A DNA stretch of 37,927 bases from a bacterium (lineage in GTDB: Bacteria; ARS69). The position numbers were made by a program, and so were the translations under genes. The notes under the pieces were generated by a model, which did no database searches, was not told the origin of the DNA, and saw nothing but the letters and a program-made list of their open reading frames with translations. The stretch is from assembly GCA_025774805.1 (NCBI GenBank), contig JALGZR010000021.1:1-37927 (forward strand). The letters are read 5' to 3'. This document shows positions 1 through 9,640 of the stretch, one piece after another. Within the stretch, counting starts at the first letter, position 1; every line of letters starts with the position of its first letter.

Positions 1-447
1 TATGCCTACAACTCGGCCAGCGTGAGTGGCCAGCTCATCGAGCTGCTCGACATGCGGGTGAGAGAAGATTGGTTGTCCGGCAACGTGGAGGGCGATTTCG
101 AGACCTCCCGGATTCGACTCGGCGCCCGGTTCGACGGTCTGTTTCAGGATGGGTGGCGTTACCACCCGTACCTGGAGCTCGCCGCGCTCTACTCGAGGTT
201 GGACGTCACCATCGACACCGTGGACGGAATGGTCCCGAGGCCATTTCCCCAATCCCCCGATGAGGCCCCGTCGAGCATTCGCACGCTCGACGATTCCCAG
301 TGGGGCGGTGGGGCCCGATTCGGGCTGGAGACCGACATCACCGATCGGATCGCGTTCGACCTCGGGATCGCGTTCGAGATGATCGAGTTTCCCCCGGGCA
401 CGAACTCCGTCACGACTTTGGGCGGTCGGCTGACATTGCGCCTCTGA
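1..447 (+). CDS. 3' portion of a hypothetical protein; the ORF is open from base 1 and the gene starts upstream of the window
   Basis: Frame 1 has no stop from position 1 to the TGA at 445-447. The Gly/Asp-rich C-terminus alternates hydrophobic residues in a beta-strand-like way, as in a secreted or outer-membrane protein. No specific family recognised. Confidence 0.45.
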   Translation, partial: YAYNSASVSGQLIELLDMRVREDWLSGNVEGDFETSRIRLGARFDGLFQDGWRYHPYLELAALYSRLDVTIDTVDGMVPRPFPQSPDEAPSSIRTLDDSQWGGGARFGLETDITDRIAFDLGIAFEMIEFPPGTNSVTTLGGRLTLRL

Positions 448-456
448 GTCGGTTTC

Positions 457-477
457 GGAGTCTGTCGCGCCGACTCC
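457..477 (+). terminator. GC-rich hairpin (GGAGTC-N9-GACTCC) downstream of the partial ORF; candidate intrinsic terminator without a U-tract
   Basis: A 6-bp perfect inverted repeat seen directly 10 nt after the stop codon. Confidence 0.3.
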
Positions 478-575
478 CGCACCCGGCCTGATTCCCTACC
501 CGACGGCCTCCCCTGACCCCGACACACTCAAGGCGAGGATCCGCCCGGCCGACCTCCGGAACGGAGGAGTGGTCC

Positions 576-983
576 ATGCCGGATACCGTTACCGGTCCGC
601 ACGTCGCCCACGTCGAGGCCGTCGAGTCCCTGGTGGCCGGCCGTCCCGAGGACACCGTTCGTCTTCTGAAACCCCTCGCGGACGCCGGGGGGCTGTCGTT
701 CGAAACGCGGCTGGCCCTGACGAAGGCGTATCTCCTCCTGGACCGGGGGGAGGAAGCGAGCCGCGAGCTCGAGGTCCTCACGGCGGCCGGCCCCCCGCCG
801 GACAAGGGCCTTCACGCCTATCTCGGGCTGCTCGACGCCTGGGCGTCGGCTCTGGCCTCCCGGCCCGAGGACGCCCTCCGCCAACTCGACGAGGTCGGTC
901 GGATCGACCCGCGCATGGAGCGCGCCGCGCGCCGCCTCCGCCTGCGAATCGAGAAGGGGGAACCGGCGGCGATCCGCTTCTGA
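576..983 (+). CDS. Hypothetical small protein of 135 aa, helical and possibly TPR-like
   Basis: ATG preceded by a GGAGGAG Shine-Dalgarno (ggaggagtggtccATG). Clean ORF with coding-like codon bias. No recognisable catalytic motif. Confidence 0.55.
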   Translation: MPDTVTGPHVAHVEAVESLVAGRPEDTVRLLKPLADAGGLSFETRLALTKAYLLLDRGEEASRELEVLTAAGPPPDKGLHAYLGLLDAWASALASRPEDALRQLDEVGRIDPRMERAARRLRLRIEKGEPAAIRF

Positions 984-984
984 C

Positions 985-1020
985 CCGCTCCCGCAGCAGA
1001 GATTGGTGAGAACTGCGGGC
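985..1020 (+). repeat. Copy a of the dispersed GCAGCAGAG...GGTGAGA-N3-GC(A/G)GGC repeat family
   Basis: Sequence cgctcccgcagcagagattggtgagaactgcgggc. It shares the gcagcagag prefix and the ggtgagaNNNgcRggc core with copies at 1083-1120 and 31224-31260. Confidence 0.6.
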
Positions 1021-1052
1021 CGGGGTAAATTGGAGCGACTTTTCCCACACCT

Positions 1053-1069
1053 GGCCTGCATCTCTCGCC
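1053..1069 (-). repeat. Degenerate reverse-orientation copy of the same repeat family (ggcctgcatctctcgcc)
   Basis: The reverse complement, ggcgagagatgcaggcc, matches the gtgagaNNNgcaggc core with one mismatch. Confidence 0.4.
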
Positions 1070-1082
1070 CGGTCCGTCGCGA

Positions 1083-1120
1083 GCCGCTGCCGCAGCAGAG
1101 CCTGGTGAGACCCGCAGGCC
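1083..1120 (+). repeat. Copy b of the repeat family (gccgctgccgcagcagagcctggtgagacccgcaggcc), 44 nt upstream of the aminopeptidase start
   Basis: Direct sequence match to other copies. It contains an AGCCTG / CAGGC inverted-repeat stem around a GTGAGACCCG loop. Confidence 0.6.
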
Positions 1121-1163
1121 GGTCCGGCCGCGACCGGCAACCGATTCCCAGAGGAGAGGGACG

Positions 1164-2318
1164 ATGGACCCCAGAGACGAGAGACTCGCGCGCGTCGTCG
1201 TGGAGTACTCTCTGAGCCTTCAACCCGGAGAGCGGGTTCTCCTGGACTTCCGAGGCTCCTCGACCGAAAACCTCCTGCTGGAGACCGTGACCGGGGTGAC
1301 CGAGGCCGGTGGCGTTCCCTTCCCCCTCGTGGGGGACGACTCCATCGGACGCCGGTTCCTTCGCGCCGCCGACGAGGAGCAGGTCAAATCCTGGGGCAAG
1401 ATCCACGATGTCCTGATGCGGCAGATGCAGTGCTACGTCCGGGTCAACGGGACCGACAACCCGTTCGACTCCTCCGACGTGTCGGAGGAGGCCCGGAAGT
1501 GGGAGCGAGAGCACTACATGCGTCCGGTCCACCTCGAGTACCGCGTGCGGAACACGAAGTGGGTCGTGCTCCGCTACCCGAGCAATTCCATGGCCCAGCA
1601 GGCCCGGATGAGCCGGGAGGCCTTCGCCGACCTCTACTACGAGGTTTGCACTCTCGACTACGAGCGCTTCTCCCGCGCCATGGATCCGCTGAAGAGTCTC
1701 ATGGAGCGGACCGATCGCGTCCGCCTCACGGCGAAGGACACGGACGTGACGCTGTCCATCAAGGACATCGACGTCGTGAAGTGCGACGGGCACATGAACC
1801 TGCCGGACGGCGAGGTCTTCACCGCCCCGGTGCGCGAGTCGGTGGACGGCGTCATCACGTACAACTCGGGGACCATCTTCGGCGGCACGAGCTGGGATTG
1901 GATCCGCCTCACGTTCGAGAAGGGGAAGATCGTCGACCTCGAGGCCTCGAACGACCCGGACAAGCTCCGGGAGATCTTCGCCACCGACGAGGGAGCCTCC
2001 TACGTGGGCGAGTTCTCGTTCGGGCTCCACCCGAGTCTGCACCGGCCGATCCGGGACACTCTGTTCGACGAGAAGATCTACGGATCCTTCCACACCGCCC
2101 TCGGGCAGTGCTACAACACCGCGGAGAACGGGAATCGATCCGCCATCCACTGGGATCTCGTCTGCATTCAGACGGAGGAGTACGGTGGGGGCAACGTCTG
2201 GTTCGACGGAGAGCTGGTGCGGGAGAACGGGCACTGGGTCCATCCCGAACTGAGGGACGCTCTCTCGATCGAGGCCCTGAACGCCGGCGAGCGGAGGGAA
2301 CCCGAGCCGGTGGGATGA
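1164..2318 (+). CDS. M29-family aminopeptidase (AmpS/PepS/aminopeptidase T-like thermophilic metalloprotease)
   Basis: 384-aa ORF with a strong RBS (gaggagagggacgATG). Length and sequence pattern are typical of peptidase M29 (for example HLEYRVRNTKWVVLRYPS and FSFGLHP). Recognised from family knowledge. Confidence 0.8.
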   Translation: MDPRDERLARVVVEYSLSLQPGERVLLDFRGSSTENLLLETVTGVTEAGGVPFPLVGDDSIGRRFLRAADEEQVKSWGKIHDVLMRQMQCYVRVNGTDNPFDSSDVSEEARKWEREHYMRPVHLEYRVRNTKWVVLRYPSNSMAQQARMSREAFADLYYEVCTLDYERFSRAMDPLKSLMERTDRVRLTAKDTDVTLSIKDIDVVKCDGHMNLPDGEVFTAPVRESVDGVITYNSGTIFGGTSWDWIRLTFEKGKIVDLEASNDPDKLREIFATDEGASYVGEFSFGLHPSLHRPIRDTLFDEKIYGSFHTALGQCYNTAENGNRSAIHWDLVCIQTEEYGGGNVWFDGELVRENGHWVHPELRDALSIEALNAGERREPEPVG

Positions 2319-2585
2319 TCCCGGCGAGGAAGCGGCGTGCCGGGCCCGAAGGCCGTGCGGCGCGCCGACCTCACTACCTCAAGACCGTCATCTTCCGGGA
2401 CTGGAGTTGGGACCACGTCGTCGGCAGCGTGTAGTCGAAATCGCGGTTCGCGTCGAGGCCGGGTTGAACGATCGTGAACGTGCCGTCGGGCTCCTCGGTG
2501 ATCACGGACACGGCTCCCGGAGAGCCCCGGGCCCCGTTCGCCCGTCCCGCGCTCGCCCCGCGGTAGCCAGCGGTCGCGAAAGGGT

Positions 2586-2637
2586 GCTAGCCTGCGTTTC
2601 TCACCAGGCTCGCCGCGCCATCCCCGGGCGGCGACGG
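2586..2637 (-). repeat. Reverse-orientation copy c of the repeat family (agcctgcgtttctcaccaggct) followed by a second GC hairpin (tcgccgc-N11-gcggcga)
   Basis: AGCCTG-N10-CAGGCT inverted repeat. The reverse complement reads ggtgagaaacgcaggct. It lies about 70 nt upstream of the M3-like peptidase start. Confidence 0.55.
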
Positions 2638-2678
2638 GTGTTGTCCGCCTTCTCCTACCCCTTCCCCGGACGCGAGCG

Positions 2679-4541
2679 ATGAGTGAACTCGACCGATTCC
2701 TGCACGAACTGAACGAGACGTATCTGGCCAAGCACCACGCGAAGGAGTCCGCCTTCTGGGAAACCCGCATGGGTCTGGCCGACCGCCACGACGAGCTCGC
2801 CCGCGCCGAGCTCGAGTTGCGGGACTTCCTGGCCGACGGGGAGCGGCTGAAGGAGCTGCGGGCCTGGAAGGCGAAGGGCGTCGCCACCCCCGCCCAGGGC
2901 TTCGTGCTCGAGGGTTGGATTCGCACCCTCTCGCGAAACCAGGTGGAGGATGCCGAGGCGAAGGAGCTCCTCACCGAGCTCGTCGCGTGCGAGACGGACC
3001 TCCAGCGCGCCCGCGGGAGCATGCCGCTCGGTTACGTCGAGCCGGGAGGGAAGTTCATTCCCGCCAGCTCGGTGGAGCTCGGGAACCAACTCCGAACCCA
3101 TCCTGATGCCGGGGTGCGGGAGGCCAGCTTCGCCGGCTTGCGCTCGATCGAGGACTTCGTCCTCGAGCACGGCTATCCCGACGTCGTGAGGCTGCGGAAC
3201 CGCTTCGCCCGGCGTCTCGGCCACTCGGATTACTACGAGTACAAGGTTCGCTGGGCGGAGGGGTTCGACAAGAACACCCTTTTCGGATACCTCGACGATC
3301 TCGAGGCTCGAACTCGTGATCATGCCGGGGAGGAGATCGAGTCCCTCCGCAAGCGCGAAGGCCGACAGGCCCTCGACCCGTGGAACTTCGGCTACCTGAC
3401 CCAGGGCGGGGCCGTCCGGGAGGAACAGGATCCGTACTTCCGCTTCGAGGACGCGCTCGAGCGCTGGGTGCGGAGCTTCGCGGCCCTCGGGATCCGCTTC
3501 CGAGACGCCCGCATCACGCTCGACCTGATCGATCGGAAGGGAAAGTACGAGAACGGGTTCATGCACGGACCGGTGCCGGCTTTCGTCCGCCGGGGAACCT
3601 GGCTCCCGGCCGAGATCAACTTCACCGCGAACGCCCTGCCCGACCGCACGGGCGCCGGCCACCGCGCCGCCCAGACCCTGTTCCACGAAGGGGGACACGC
3701 GGCCCACTTCTCGAACATCGTCACCGAGGCGCCCTGTTTCTCCCAGGAGTTCGCACCGACGTCGGTCGCCTTCGCCGAGACGCAATCGATGTTCTGCGAC
3801 AGCTTCCTCGAGGACGCCGACTGGCAGATGCGTTACGCGCGGGACGCGGACGGCCGCCCCATCCCGTTCGAGATCATCGAGAAGGAGATCCGTTCGGTCC
3901 ATCCGTTCGCCGCCCAGCAGGTTCGGAACATGCTCGTGGTCTGCTACGCGGAGAAGGCGCTGTACGAGATCCCGGACGACGAGCTCACTCCCGAGCGCAT
4001 TCTCTCGACCATCCGGGAGGAGGAGTCGCGGATCATGCTCCTCGAGGGCGGGAGCTCGCGACCCGTTCTCTCCGTTCCCCATCTGCTGTCCTGGGAGTCC
4101 TCCGCCTACTACCACGGGTACGTCCTGGCGCAGATGGCGGTCCACCAGACGCGCGCCCACTTCCGCAAGTGCTACGGACACCTCGTCGACAACCCGTCCG
4201 TCGGGCGGGATCTGTCGGAGACTTACTGGAAGCCGGGGAACTCGCGCGGGTTTCTGGAGCTGGTCGAGGAGATGACGGGGAAGCCCTTCTCCGCCGATGC
4301 GCTCGTCGACGAGGTGTCGATCCCGACGGACGCCGCGGTCGATCGCGCGCGCCGCATGGTGGAACGGCTTCCGGACATCCCCGAGCCGACCGGCGAGGTC
4401 GAGCTCGACCTCCGCCTCCGCGTGATCCACGGACCCGAGACCGTGGTGGAGGCGGGTAAGAGTCCTCTCGAGGTCGCCGAGACGTTCCGGGCGTGGATCC
4501 TCGAGAACTGGCCGCGGGCCGCGGCCGGGGCCGGCGCCTGA
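2679..4541 (+). CDS. Gluzincin metallopeptidase, M3 oligoendopeptidase-F-like or M32-like (HEGGH zinc motif)
   Basis: 620-aa ORF with HEXXH (LFHEGGHAAHF), a downstream ETQS motif and an HPF motif. Assigned to M3/M32-type zincins, with the exact family ambiguous. The long antisense ORF 2655..5384 is treated as an artefact. Confidence 0.75.
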   Translation: MSELDRFLHELNETYLAKHHAKESAFWETRMGLADRHDELARAELELRDFLADGERLKELRAWKAKGVATPAQGFVLEGWIRTLSRNQVEDAEAKELLTELVACETDLQRARGSMPLGYVEPGGKFIPASSVELGNQLRTHPDAGVREASFAGLRSIEDFVLEHGYPDVVRLRNRFARRLGHSDYYEYKVRWAEGFDKNTLFGYLDDLEARTRDHAGEEIESLRKREGRQALDPWNFGYLTQGGAVREEQDPYFRFEDALERWVRSFAALGIRFRDARITLDLIDRKGKYENGFMHGPVPAFVRRGTWLPAEINFTANALPDRTGAGHRAAQTLFHEGGHAAHFSNIVTEAPCFSQEFAPTSVAFAETQSMFCDSFLEDADWQMRYARDADGRPIPFEIIEKEIRSVHPFAAQQVRNMLVVCYAEKALYEIPDDELTPERILSTIREEESRIMLLEGGSSRPVLSVPHLLSWESSAYYHGYVLAQMAVHQTRAHFRKCYGHLVDNPSVGRDLSETYWKPGNSRGFLELVEEMTGKPFSADALVDEVSIPTDAAVDRARRMVERLPDIPEPTGEVELDLRLRVIHGPETVVEAGKSPLEVAETFRAWILENWPRAAAGAGA

Positions 4542-4571
4542 TCTCGAGAGGCGGCGGGGGAGGGGCCGGTA

Positions 4572-5519
4572 TTGACCTCGACGTCCGCGGGGCGCGTCTA
4601 CGCGGCGCTCCTGTCGGTGCAGATCATGTTCGCCGTGCAGTACGTCGTGGCCAAGGTCCTGCTGGAGGCCATTCCGCCGGGCGCCTGGGCCGCGATCCGT
4701 CTCCTCACCGGCACGTCGATCTTCCTCGCGGTGTACGTCGCAGGAGTGGTCGGCCGTCGCGGCAGCGGCGAGGGCAGGGAAGGGGGTCGCGGGTCCGCTC
4801 ACGGAAGGGTCACGCCGCGGGACCTGGCCCTCCTGGCGGTCTTCTCCTTCTTCGGGGTCGTTCTCAACCAGATCTGCTTCATCGAGGGGTTGGCGCGAAC
4901 CACTCCTTCCCACTCGGCGCTGATCAACACCACGATCCCGGTGGCGACCCTGCTCTTCGCGGTGCTCCTCGGACGGGAGCCCCTGCGCGCGTCCTCCGCC
5001 CTCGGGATCGGTCTCGCGATGGCGGGCGTGCTCCTGCTGCTGAAGGTCGATCGCCTGGAGCCCCGGGCGGAGTGGTTCGTCGGTGATCTCCTCACCCAGG
5101 TCAACGCGGCCTCCTTTTCCCTCTTCCTCGTGATCTCCCGGGACACGATCCGCCGGATCGGTCCGATTCCCGCGACGGCCGGGGTATTCTGCTTCGGCTC
5201 CCTCGGCGTCGCGCTCTACGGGGGAAGCGAGGCGATGCGCGTCGATCCCGCGGAGCTCGACGGCGTCATCTGGGCCATCGCGATCTACATCGTCCTCTTT
5301 CCCACGGTGCTCTCCTACTTCCTGAACTACTGGGCGCTGGCGCGCGTCGAGTCGTCGCGGGTCGCGCTCTTCGTCTACCTTCAACCCCTCATCGCCTCGG
5401 CCCTCTCGGTGGCGTTTCTGGGAGAGCCGCTCACCCTCCGCCTTTTCGTCAGCTCGGCGCTCGTCTTCGCCGGGGTGTTGTTCGCCTCGCGGGTACCCGT
5501 TCGGGCGGGATCCCGGTAG
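4572..5519 (+). CDS. EamA/DMT-superfamily transporter with duplicated 5-TM halves (TTG start)
   Basis: 315 aa, about 10 predicted TM helices and a duplicated EamA-like pattern. The start is uncertain; the ORF begins with TTG. Confidence 0.75.
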   Translation: MTSTSAGRVYAALLSVQIMFAVQYVVAKVLLEAIPPGAWAAIRLLTGTSIFLAVYVAGVVGRRGSGEGREGGRGSAHGRVTPRDLALLAVFSFFGVVLNQICFIEGLARTTPSHSALINTTIPVATLLFAVLLGREPLRASSALGIGLAMAGVLLLLKVDRLEPRAEWFVGDLLTQVNAASFSLFLVISRDTIRRIGPIPATAGVFCFGSLGVALYGGSEAMRVDPAELDGVIWAIAIYIVLFPTVLSYFLNYWALARVESSRVALFVYLQPLIASALSVAFLGEPLTLRLFVSSALVFAGVLFASRVPVRAGSR

Positions 5520-5616
5520 CTCGCCTCCCCGGCGGGGGGACGGGGCGGCGGAACGCGGTTCGAGCGGGGAGCGCCCCCAGTTTGTCCTTGCACGCCGTTC
5601 CCGTCCCGTCGAGCAT

Positions 5617-6969
5617 GTGCGGTCACGGGGAGGGCGCGTGGCACGAGTCGGATACCGGGAGCTACTGGCACGGAACCGGAATTACCGGTTCATCTGGTTC
5701 GCGGAGACCATCAGCTTCCTCGGAGATTGGTTCAACACGATCGCGATCTACGCGATCGTCCAGGAGCTGTCGGGCACCGGTCGCGCGTTCGCGGGAGTGA
5801 TGGTCGCCAAGACCCTGCCCGTGTTTCTCGTGGCCCCGATCGCCGGACCGCTGGTGGACCGGCTCGACCGACGCACGCTGATGATCCTCTCCGATCTCAC
5901 GCGTGCCGCCCTCGTGGTCGGACTCGTGCTGGCCCATCGCGCGGAGAGTCTGTTCTCCCTCTACGGCTGCCTCGTCCTCATGGTCGCCATGTCGGGCGTG
6001 TTCATCCCCGCGCGCGGCGCCGCGATTCCCCAGGTCACGACGGCCGGACAGCTCGCCCCCGCGAACGCGCTCTCGGGAGCGACGTGGTCGGTGATGCTCG
6101 CGTTCGGGGCCGCCCTGGGAGGGTGGGTGACGCACGCTCTGGGTACGGACACGTCGCTCGCGCTCGACGGTCTCACGTTCCTCGGTTCGGCGGCCTGTCT
6201 CCTGGCGCTTCCGCGTCTCCCGGCCCCCGGAGCGGAGGCGACGCACCACGATCGGTCGTTCATCGGCGGACTCCGCCACCTCGTCTCGCACCGGCGGACG
6301 TTCGCGCTGGCATGCCTGAAGCCGCTCATGGCCCTGAGCGGCGGTGCGTTCGTGCTGATTCCGATCTACGGCACGACGGTCTTTCCCGATCGGGGGGGGC
6401 CGCTCTGGGTGGGACTGCTCTACAGCGCCCGGGGTCTGGGCGCACTCATCGGCGCGATCGCCCTGATCCGTCTGTTCGGGGACGCGAGCCGGACCATGCG
6501 CCGCATCCTCCTCTTCGCGTATCCGGCCGCGGCGGTCTCCTATATCGGGCTCGGCCGGGCTCCGAGCCTCGAGCTCGCCGCGCTCGCCTACTTCGCGGCG
6601 GCGATCTCGAGCGGAGCGAACTGGGTGATGTCGGGCACGCTCATCCAGCGAGAGGTCGATCGGCGGTTCCTCGGACGGGTGTTCTCGGTCGAGTTCGGAA
6701 CGATGACCCTCGTCATCTCCGCGACCGGGTGGCTGGCCGGCACCGCAATTGACACCATGGGGATCGGGCCGCGCCGCGTCGGCACCCTTTCCGGCCTTGC
6801 GCTATTGGTACCGTTCCTCTTCTGGGCGGGCTTCCTGCTGTCGGAGCGGCGCCGGGCGGCGGCGGAAAGGGAGATCCACGGCACCGCGCCCCCGCGACCC
6901 GGGGTCTCCCCCGAGGCGTTCGACGCGACGCATCCGGCCGAGGAGGACGAGGACACGCTCGGAGCGTGA
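5617..6969 (+). CDS. MFS transporter (DHA3/EntS-like); the start is probably the internal GTG at 5638
   Basis: 12-TM-like hydrophobic profile and MFS motif-A-like sequence (GPLVDRLDRR). GTG 5638 is preceded by ggggagggcgc. The antisense ORFs 5662..6291 and 5961..6329 are rejected. Confidence 0.75.
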   Translation: MRSRGGRVARVGYRELLARNRNYRFIWFAETISFLGDWFNTIAIYAIVQELSGTGRAFAGVMVAKTLPVFLVAPIAGPLVDRLDRRTLMILSDLTRAALVVGLVLAHRAESLFSLYGCLVLMVAMSGVFIPARGAAIPQVTTAGQLAPANALSGATWSVMLAFGAALGGWVTHALGTDTSLALDGLTFLGSAACLLALPRLPAPGAEATHHDRSFIGGLRHLVSHRRTFALACLKPLMALSGGAFVLIPIYGTTVFPDRGGPLWVGLLYSARGLGALIGAIALIRLFGDASRTMRRILLFAYPAAAVSYIGLGRAPSLELAALAYFAAAISSGANWVMSGTLIQREVDRRFLGRVFSVEFGTMTLVISATGWLAGTAIDTMGIGPRRVGTLSGLALLVPFLFWAGFLLSERRRAAAEREIHGTAPPRPGVSPEAFDATHPAEEDEDTLGA

Positions 6970-7045
6970 CGCCCCCGGCCGTCGGGCTCGCCCCGGCCCG
7001 GCGCGCCGTCCCGGGGAGCCGGTGAAGCGCGCCGGCCCGGACCGA

Positions 7046-9640
7046 TCAGCGGAGCAGGACCCGGCCCGCGACGATTCCGGCGATCACGAGGGCCCCGATC
7101 GCCCCGGTAAGGACCTTGAGCTTCTTCACCGCCCGGCTCCTCTGCGGAACGAACTCGACGGGATCGCCGAACGTCTCGACCGGAGGGGGAGGGGTTCGCG
7201 CGTCGTCCGGATGGTGATCGAACCAGGACTGCATGATTCCGTAGTGCATCAGAATCGAGACCGGCCGCGTGTAGGACTTCGTGTCGAACCCGTCGAGCGT
7301 CTCCAGGGAGTGCCGGAAGAAGAACTCGCCCCGCTCGAGGAAACGCTCGCGCTCCTCTCCCTCGGAGTGGAGCGCGGCGAACTTGAAGACGTCGCTCTTC
7401 CGCACGTCCTGTGCCGCCCAGGTCTCATTGGGGTACTCGAGCGCGTCGGCAGCGTCCAGAATGGGCCGCTCGTGCTCCGCCATCCAGCGCGCGTAGTGCA
7501 GGAGCGCGGCCCGCGCGTAGGCGTAGAGCTCGTCCGCGCGCGCCGCCTCCGCCGCATCGTCGAGGAACCTGCCGAGCGACTGGAGATGGACGGTGTAGGA
7601 CCAGCGCTCCTCGGCGTCGAGGAGCCGTCGCGCCTCCAGGTCGTCCTCGGGGTGGATCGTGCGACGCAGGATCTCGTGACACTTCTCGAGATACGTCTCG
7701 TCCTCGGTGAGCCGCCAGCCGTTCAGGAGCGCGTTGATCGAGTTTCCCGCCCCCCGGCCCGGCCCGTGATAGTGGAGCTCGCGCGTCTTGGACGCCAGCC
7801 CCGTTCGACCGCGGTCGATCCACCGGAAGACGGTCCGCGCGCCGTCGTCCGCGTCGATCACCCAGCGCGCGCAGCCGATCGCGGCCTCGCGTCCCAGAGG
7901 ATCGGCCGTCAGGAACCAGTAGTGCATCAGGCCCGTCGTGTAGTTGTGCTCATCGTCGGGACCTCCGCCGACCGAGCCTTTTGGGTAGGTGCGATGCGTG
8001 CTCGTGTCGCCGTCAATGTAGTGCGCGGTGTGCCAGAACAAACCCTGGTTGTAGGCCGCCCTGTCCTCGTGGGTGTGATAGATGTCGATGTCGATGACGT
8101 GGCGCGCAAGCTCCTCGTGAATCCGGAACCAGCGGGGATCCCCGCTGCGAAGGAACTGGACGAGGGCGCCGTACACGACGTCGTACTGGTTGTTGGCGTG
8201 GGAGATGAACGTCCCCTCGCCCTCCCAGTACCTCGCCTCGTGATCGGCCCAGGTCTCTCCGAAGTTGCGCCAGCCGTACTCGTCCGCCTCTTCACGCTTG
8301 GACTCGAAGGCGTCCGGCCCCTCGATCGCCTGATCGACGAGCCGCAGGTAGAGCCCGTTCCGGTCGCGGTGCCGGGCGGTCAGGTACGGGATCGCTCCCG
8401 ACGCCTCGCACCAGTCGGGATCGAGGCGGAAGAGAAGCGGGGCGCGGTGCGCATCCGGCTCCGGGGCGGTCGCGGCCTCGCCGAACGTGAGAACGAGGTC
8501 GTGGGTCTTCTGCTCCCCTCCCTGGATCTCGTGGAGCCCGCCGAACTGCCGGGGGAAGAGACGCACCGTGAGGACGCCGTCCCGTGCCTCCATCGCCTTC
8601 GGGAAGTTCTGCCAGAAGTGCCGCATCGACGCGGAGACGCCCGCGTTCCCGTCGTGAACCGCGATCCGGGGCGTGGCCCGCCGGCCCGTGCGCTGGACAC
8701 CGCCCGTACGGAGGCGGTACCCGCAGAACGAGACGGGGATCGACCCGGTCCGATCGAGGTGGATCCGGCTTCTCCAGTTCTCTCCGCCGCTCGAGTCCTG
8801 GTAGATCTCCACTCCTCCGTCGGGAGCCTCCGCCAGCGGGGCGTTCGGTCGGGTCGACCAGGAGACCACGGGGGCGCGGCGACATCCGAACTCGAGTGAG
8901 AGATCCTCGAGCAGAATCGAGCCCTCGTCTCCGAGGTGCCAGTGTCCTCCGGCATGCTTCGCGCGCCGGGGATTGCGGACCGTGATCGTCGCCCGGCACG
9001 ATCCGCTTCCGGCGAAGAAGCTCAGTCTCGCCGCGAAGTCGAGAAGCGGCCGCTCGCGGCCCCGCGACCTCTCGCGCCCGAACACTCCGGTGAGGAGGAT
9101 CGTCGAACGGAGCGGTCCCTCGACCTCGAGGGCGGCCCCGCGCACGCGGGGAATCCACCGGTCGCCGTCCGCGTCGATCGCGCTCCACCGGCTGCGGGCC
9201 GGCTCGAGCAGCTCGAGGCCGCCGCTGCGCACGCTCTGGAAGGGGAGGAACTCGCGCCGATCGATCGTGAACTGGGCCGCTCCGGTGTCGACGAACCATC
9301 CCCGCTCGGTCTCGTCCAGGCGGAGCGTCCCGGGAGCTCCGACCCCGGAGTCCGGGGGACCGGTGGTGTGGAGCCGCATCTCGACCTCGGTCCCCGCTTC
9401 CACGTCCACGGTGAAGTCGAGGTGCGCCCAGCGGGCGGTCCCGCCCGACCATCGATCCACGATAGCGGTCTGGAGCGGGCAGAGGTTCCCCTCCCCGTCC
9501 GTGAGAAGGAGCTCACGCCCCTCGCGCACCCGTCCCCGGGGAAGGGGAACCCCGATCGTCACCGGCTCCCCCCGCCGGCGGATCCCCTGCTCCTCCCGGG
9601 CCCGGAGCACCAGAGTCGTCGTTTCGGAAGTCGAGTCCAT
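7046..9640 (-). CDS. Large hypothetical protein (about 864 aa) with a single C-terminal transmembrane anchor. Possibly an (alpha/alpha)-barrel glycoside hydrolase or lyase-like fold, unassigned
   Basis: ORF 7046..9727. An internal ATG at 9640 carries a good RBS (aggagatcgagagaATG), and the N-terminus upstream of it is low-complexity. The C-terminus KVLTGAIGALVIAGIVAGRVLLR is a TM helix. No family confidently recognised. Confidence 0.65.
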   Translation of the reverse strand: MDSTSETTTLVLRAREEQGIRRRGEPVTIGVPLPRGRVREGRELLLTDGEGNLCPLQTAIVDRWSGGTARWAHLDFTVDVEAGTEVEMRLHTTGPPDSGVGAPGTLRLDETERGWFVDTGAAQFTIDRREFLPFQSVRSGGLELLEPARSRWSAIDADGDRWIPRVRGAALEVEGPLRSTILLTGVFGRERSRGRERPLLDFAARLSFFAGSGSCRATITVRNPRRAKHAGGHWHLGDEGSILLEDLSLEFGCRRAPVVSWSTRPNAPLAEAPDGGVEIYQDSSGGENWRSRIHLDRTGSIPVSFCGYRLRTGGVQRTGRRATPRIAVHDGNAGVSASMRHFWQNFPKAMEARDGVLTVRLFPRQFGGLHEIQGGEQKTHDLVLTFGEAATAPEPDAHRAPLLFRLDPDWCEASGAIPYLTARHRDRNGLYLRLVDQAIEGPDAFESKREEADEYGWRNFGETWADHEARYWEGEGTFISHANNQYDVVYGALVQFLRSGDPRWFRIHEELARHVIDIDIYHTHEDRAAYNQGLFWHTAHYIDGDTSTHRTYPKGSVGGGPDDEHNYTTGLMHYWFLTADPLGREAAIGCARWVIDADDGARTVFRWIDRGRTGLASKTRELHYHGPGRGAGNSINALLNGWRLTEDETYLEKCHEILRRTIHPEDDLEARRLLDAEERWSYTVHLQSLGRFLDDAAEAARADELYAYARAALLHYARWMAEHERPILDAADALEYPNETWAAQDVRKSDVFKFAALHSEGEERERFLERGEFFFRHSLETLDGFDTKSYTRPVSILMHYGIMQSWFDHHPDDARTPPPPVETFGDPVEFVPQRSRAVKKLKVLTGAIGALVIAGIVAGRVLLR

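Noticed and set aside
528-2243. 571-aa minus-strand ORF overlapping the hypothetical and aminopeptidase genes
   Set aside because: It is antisense to a recognisable M29 aminopeptidase. It has a high-GC artefact composition (RGRP-rich).
2655-5384. 909-aa ORF on the minus strand spanning the M3-like peptidase and EamA genes
   Set aside because: It is antisense to two well-supported genes. Its Arg/Gly/Pro/Asp-rich low-complexity translation is typical of out-of-frame reading in about 70% GC DNA. It has no RBS and no motif.
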